Source: Squalus acanthias
Taxonomy: Eukaryota
Assembly (NCBI GenBank): GCA_030390025.1
Contig: CM059432.1
Span: forward strand, 18,850,001-18,914,000
Length of the DNA stretch: 64,000 bases
Direction of reading: 5' to 3'
Shown in pieces: positions 62,346 through 64,000 of this stretch (positions within the stretch are counted from its first letter, which is position 1; the number at the start of each line of letters is the position of its first letter). The position numbers and the translations under genes were made by a program. Under the pieces are notes generated by a model. The model was given only the letters and a program-made list of their open reading frames with translations. It made no database searches and was not told the origin of the DNA.

Positions 62346-62862
62346 GGAGTGAAATTGGGTATCGCCCTGTTTGGGCCGCTAACCTTTGAAATTTTGAAAA
62401 TTTAGTGCCAGGCGCTAAGGATTCTGAACTTCTGCTAAATTGAGTGTTAACGCCCCAGGAAGGAAGTGGGGCGCTAAATCAAGCGCTAATGACCTCAGTG
62501 GGGCGCTACAGGGGCACTACCAGCAGAACGCTAATGAATTTCAGGTGCAATGCATTCAGCAATGATCCTTCACACTGGTTCCTTCCAGCTCTTAAAGGGA
62601 AGGCTGCATCATCGTCCAAATGCTCATTTTCAGCATTGCTGGCTTTGAGACGACCTGCGAGCAAGTGAATCCCCTGATGGCTATGGCTGTTCCCACTCCC
62701 AGGGAGAGAACTCGTTGGTTCCCAGACATTGCATTGGAGGCATTGATGGCTGGAGTGGAGCGAAGGAGGGCAATGCTTGTCCCGGCCACTGGAAGGAGGC
62801 CATCACCTCAGGTGTTCAGGGCAATGTGGAGGGAAGTGGCCCAGGAAGTCTCAGCCAGTAGT
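62346..62862 (+). mobile_element. Harbinger element left end with Myb/SANT-like ORF
   Basis: TIR-like GGAGTGAAATTGGGT (compare 60775-88); peptide RTRWFPDIALEALMAGVERRR...MWREVAQEVSA. Confidence 0.75.
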
Positions 62863-64000
62863 CATAGAATCATAGAATGGTTACAGCACGGAAGAAGACC
62901 ATTTGGCCCATCGATCCCGTGCCAGCTCTCTGCAAGAGCACTTCAGCTAGTCCCACTCCCCCGCCCCTTCCCCGTAGTCCTGCAAATTTCTTTCCTTCAG
63001 GTACTTATCCAATTCCCTTTTGAAAGCCGTGATTGAATCTGCCTCCACCACCCTTTCAGGCAGTGCATTCCAGATCCTAACCATTCGCTGCGTAAAAAGT
63101 TTCTTTTGCCAATCACCTTAAATCTGTTTCCTCTGGTTCTCGACCCTTCTGCCAATGGGAACAGTTTCTCTCTATCTTCTCTGTCTAGACCCCTCATGAT
63201 TTTGAACACCTCTATCAAATTTTCTCTCAATCTTCTCTGTTCCGAGGAGAACAACCCCGGCTTCTCCAGTCTATCAACGTAACTGAAGTCCCTCATTCCT
63301 GGAATCATTCTCGTAAATCTTTTCTGCATCCTCTCTAAGACCTTCACATCCTTCCTAAAGTGTGGTACCCAGAATTGGACACAGTACTCCAGTTGGGGCC
63401 GAACCAGTGTTTTATACAGGTTCATCATAATTTCCACACTTTTGTACTCTATACCTCTATTTATGAAGCCCAAGATCACTTAAGTCTTTTTAACTGCTTT
63501 CTCAACCTGCCCTGCCACCTTCAATGATTTGTGTACACATACCCCCAGTTCTCTCTGTTCGTGCACCCCTTTCAGGGTTGTACCATTTAGTTTATATGTC
63601 CTCTCCTCATTCTTTCTACCAAAATGTATCACTTCTCACTTTTCTGCATTAAATTTCATCTGCCACATGTCTGCCCATTTCGGCAGCCTGTCTATGTCAA
63701 CCTAAAGTCTAACACTCTCCTCCTCATTGTTCACTATACTTCCAAGTTTTGTGTCATCTGCAAATTTTGAAATTGTGCCCTGTACACCCACGTCCAAGTC
63801 ATTAATATATATCAAGAAAAGCAGTGGTCCTAGAACCGACCCCTAGGGAACACCACTGTATACCTTCCTCCAATCTGAAAAACAATCGTTCACCACTACT
63901 CTCTGTTTCCTATCACTTAGCCAATTTCGTATCCATGCAGCCACTGTCCCTTTTATTCCACGGGCTTCAACTTTGCTGGCGAGCCTATTATGTCGAAAGC
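62863..64000 (-). mobile_element. CR1 3' part, runs out of the window
   Basis: RT C-terminus 62997-63479; CATAGAAT tail; same subfamily as 27690-29011. Confidence 0.92.

Overview
Eukaryotic, transposon-saturated vertebrate DNA. The repeat set (CR1 LINEs with esterase ORF1, tRNA/Deu-type SINEs, Neptune-type Penelope elements, Harbinger MITEs) suggests a cartilaginous fish such as a shark; this is inference. No intact host gene is recognisable, only a few weak exon candidates. The window holds more than 10 CR1-clade LINE copies, often nested. One is near full length with a 7 x 74-bp 5'UTR array, and two form a near-identical 3.5-kb inverted pair. It also holds a 5'-truncated L1/Tx1 LINE, an L2 fragment, several tRNA-SINEs, and a very young 4,469-bp Ty3/Gypsy element with identical LTRs. 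There are many PIF/Harbinger-type elements with 3-bp TSDs, plus decayed transposase and Myb/SANT remnants. Penelope-like elements carry minimal hammerhead ribozymes. Main observations: (1) three different Harbinger-type elements sit within the same 6 nt (CGTTAA) around the predicted cleavage site of the Penelope hammerhead. (2) The Gypsy element has no tRNA PBS but has an 11-nt LTR-complementary site, consistent with self-priming, plus a duplicated PPT/U3 junction. (3) One MITE family keeps internal hairpins through compensatory base changes. All calls were made by eye without database searches, and boundaries of old fragments are approximate.
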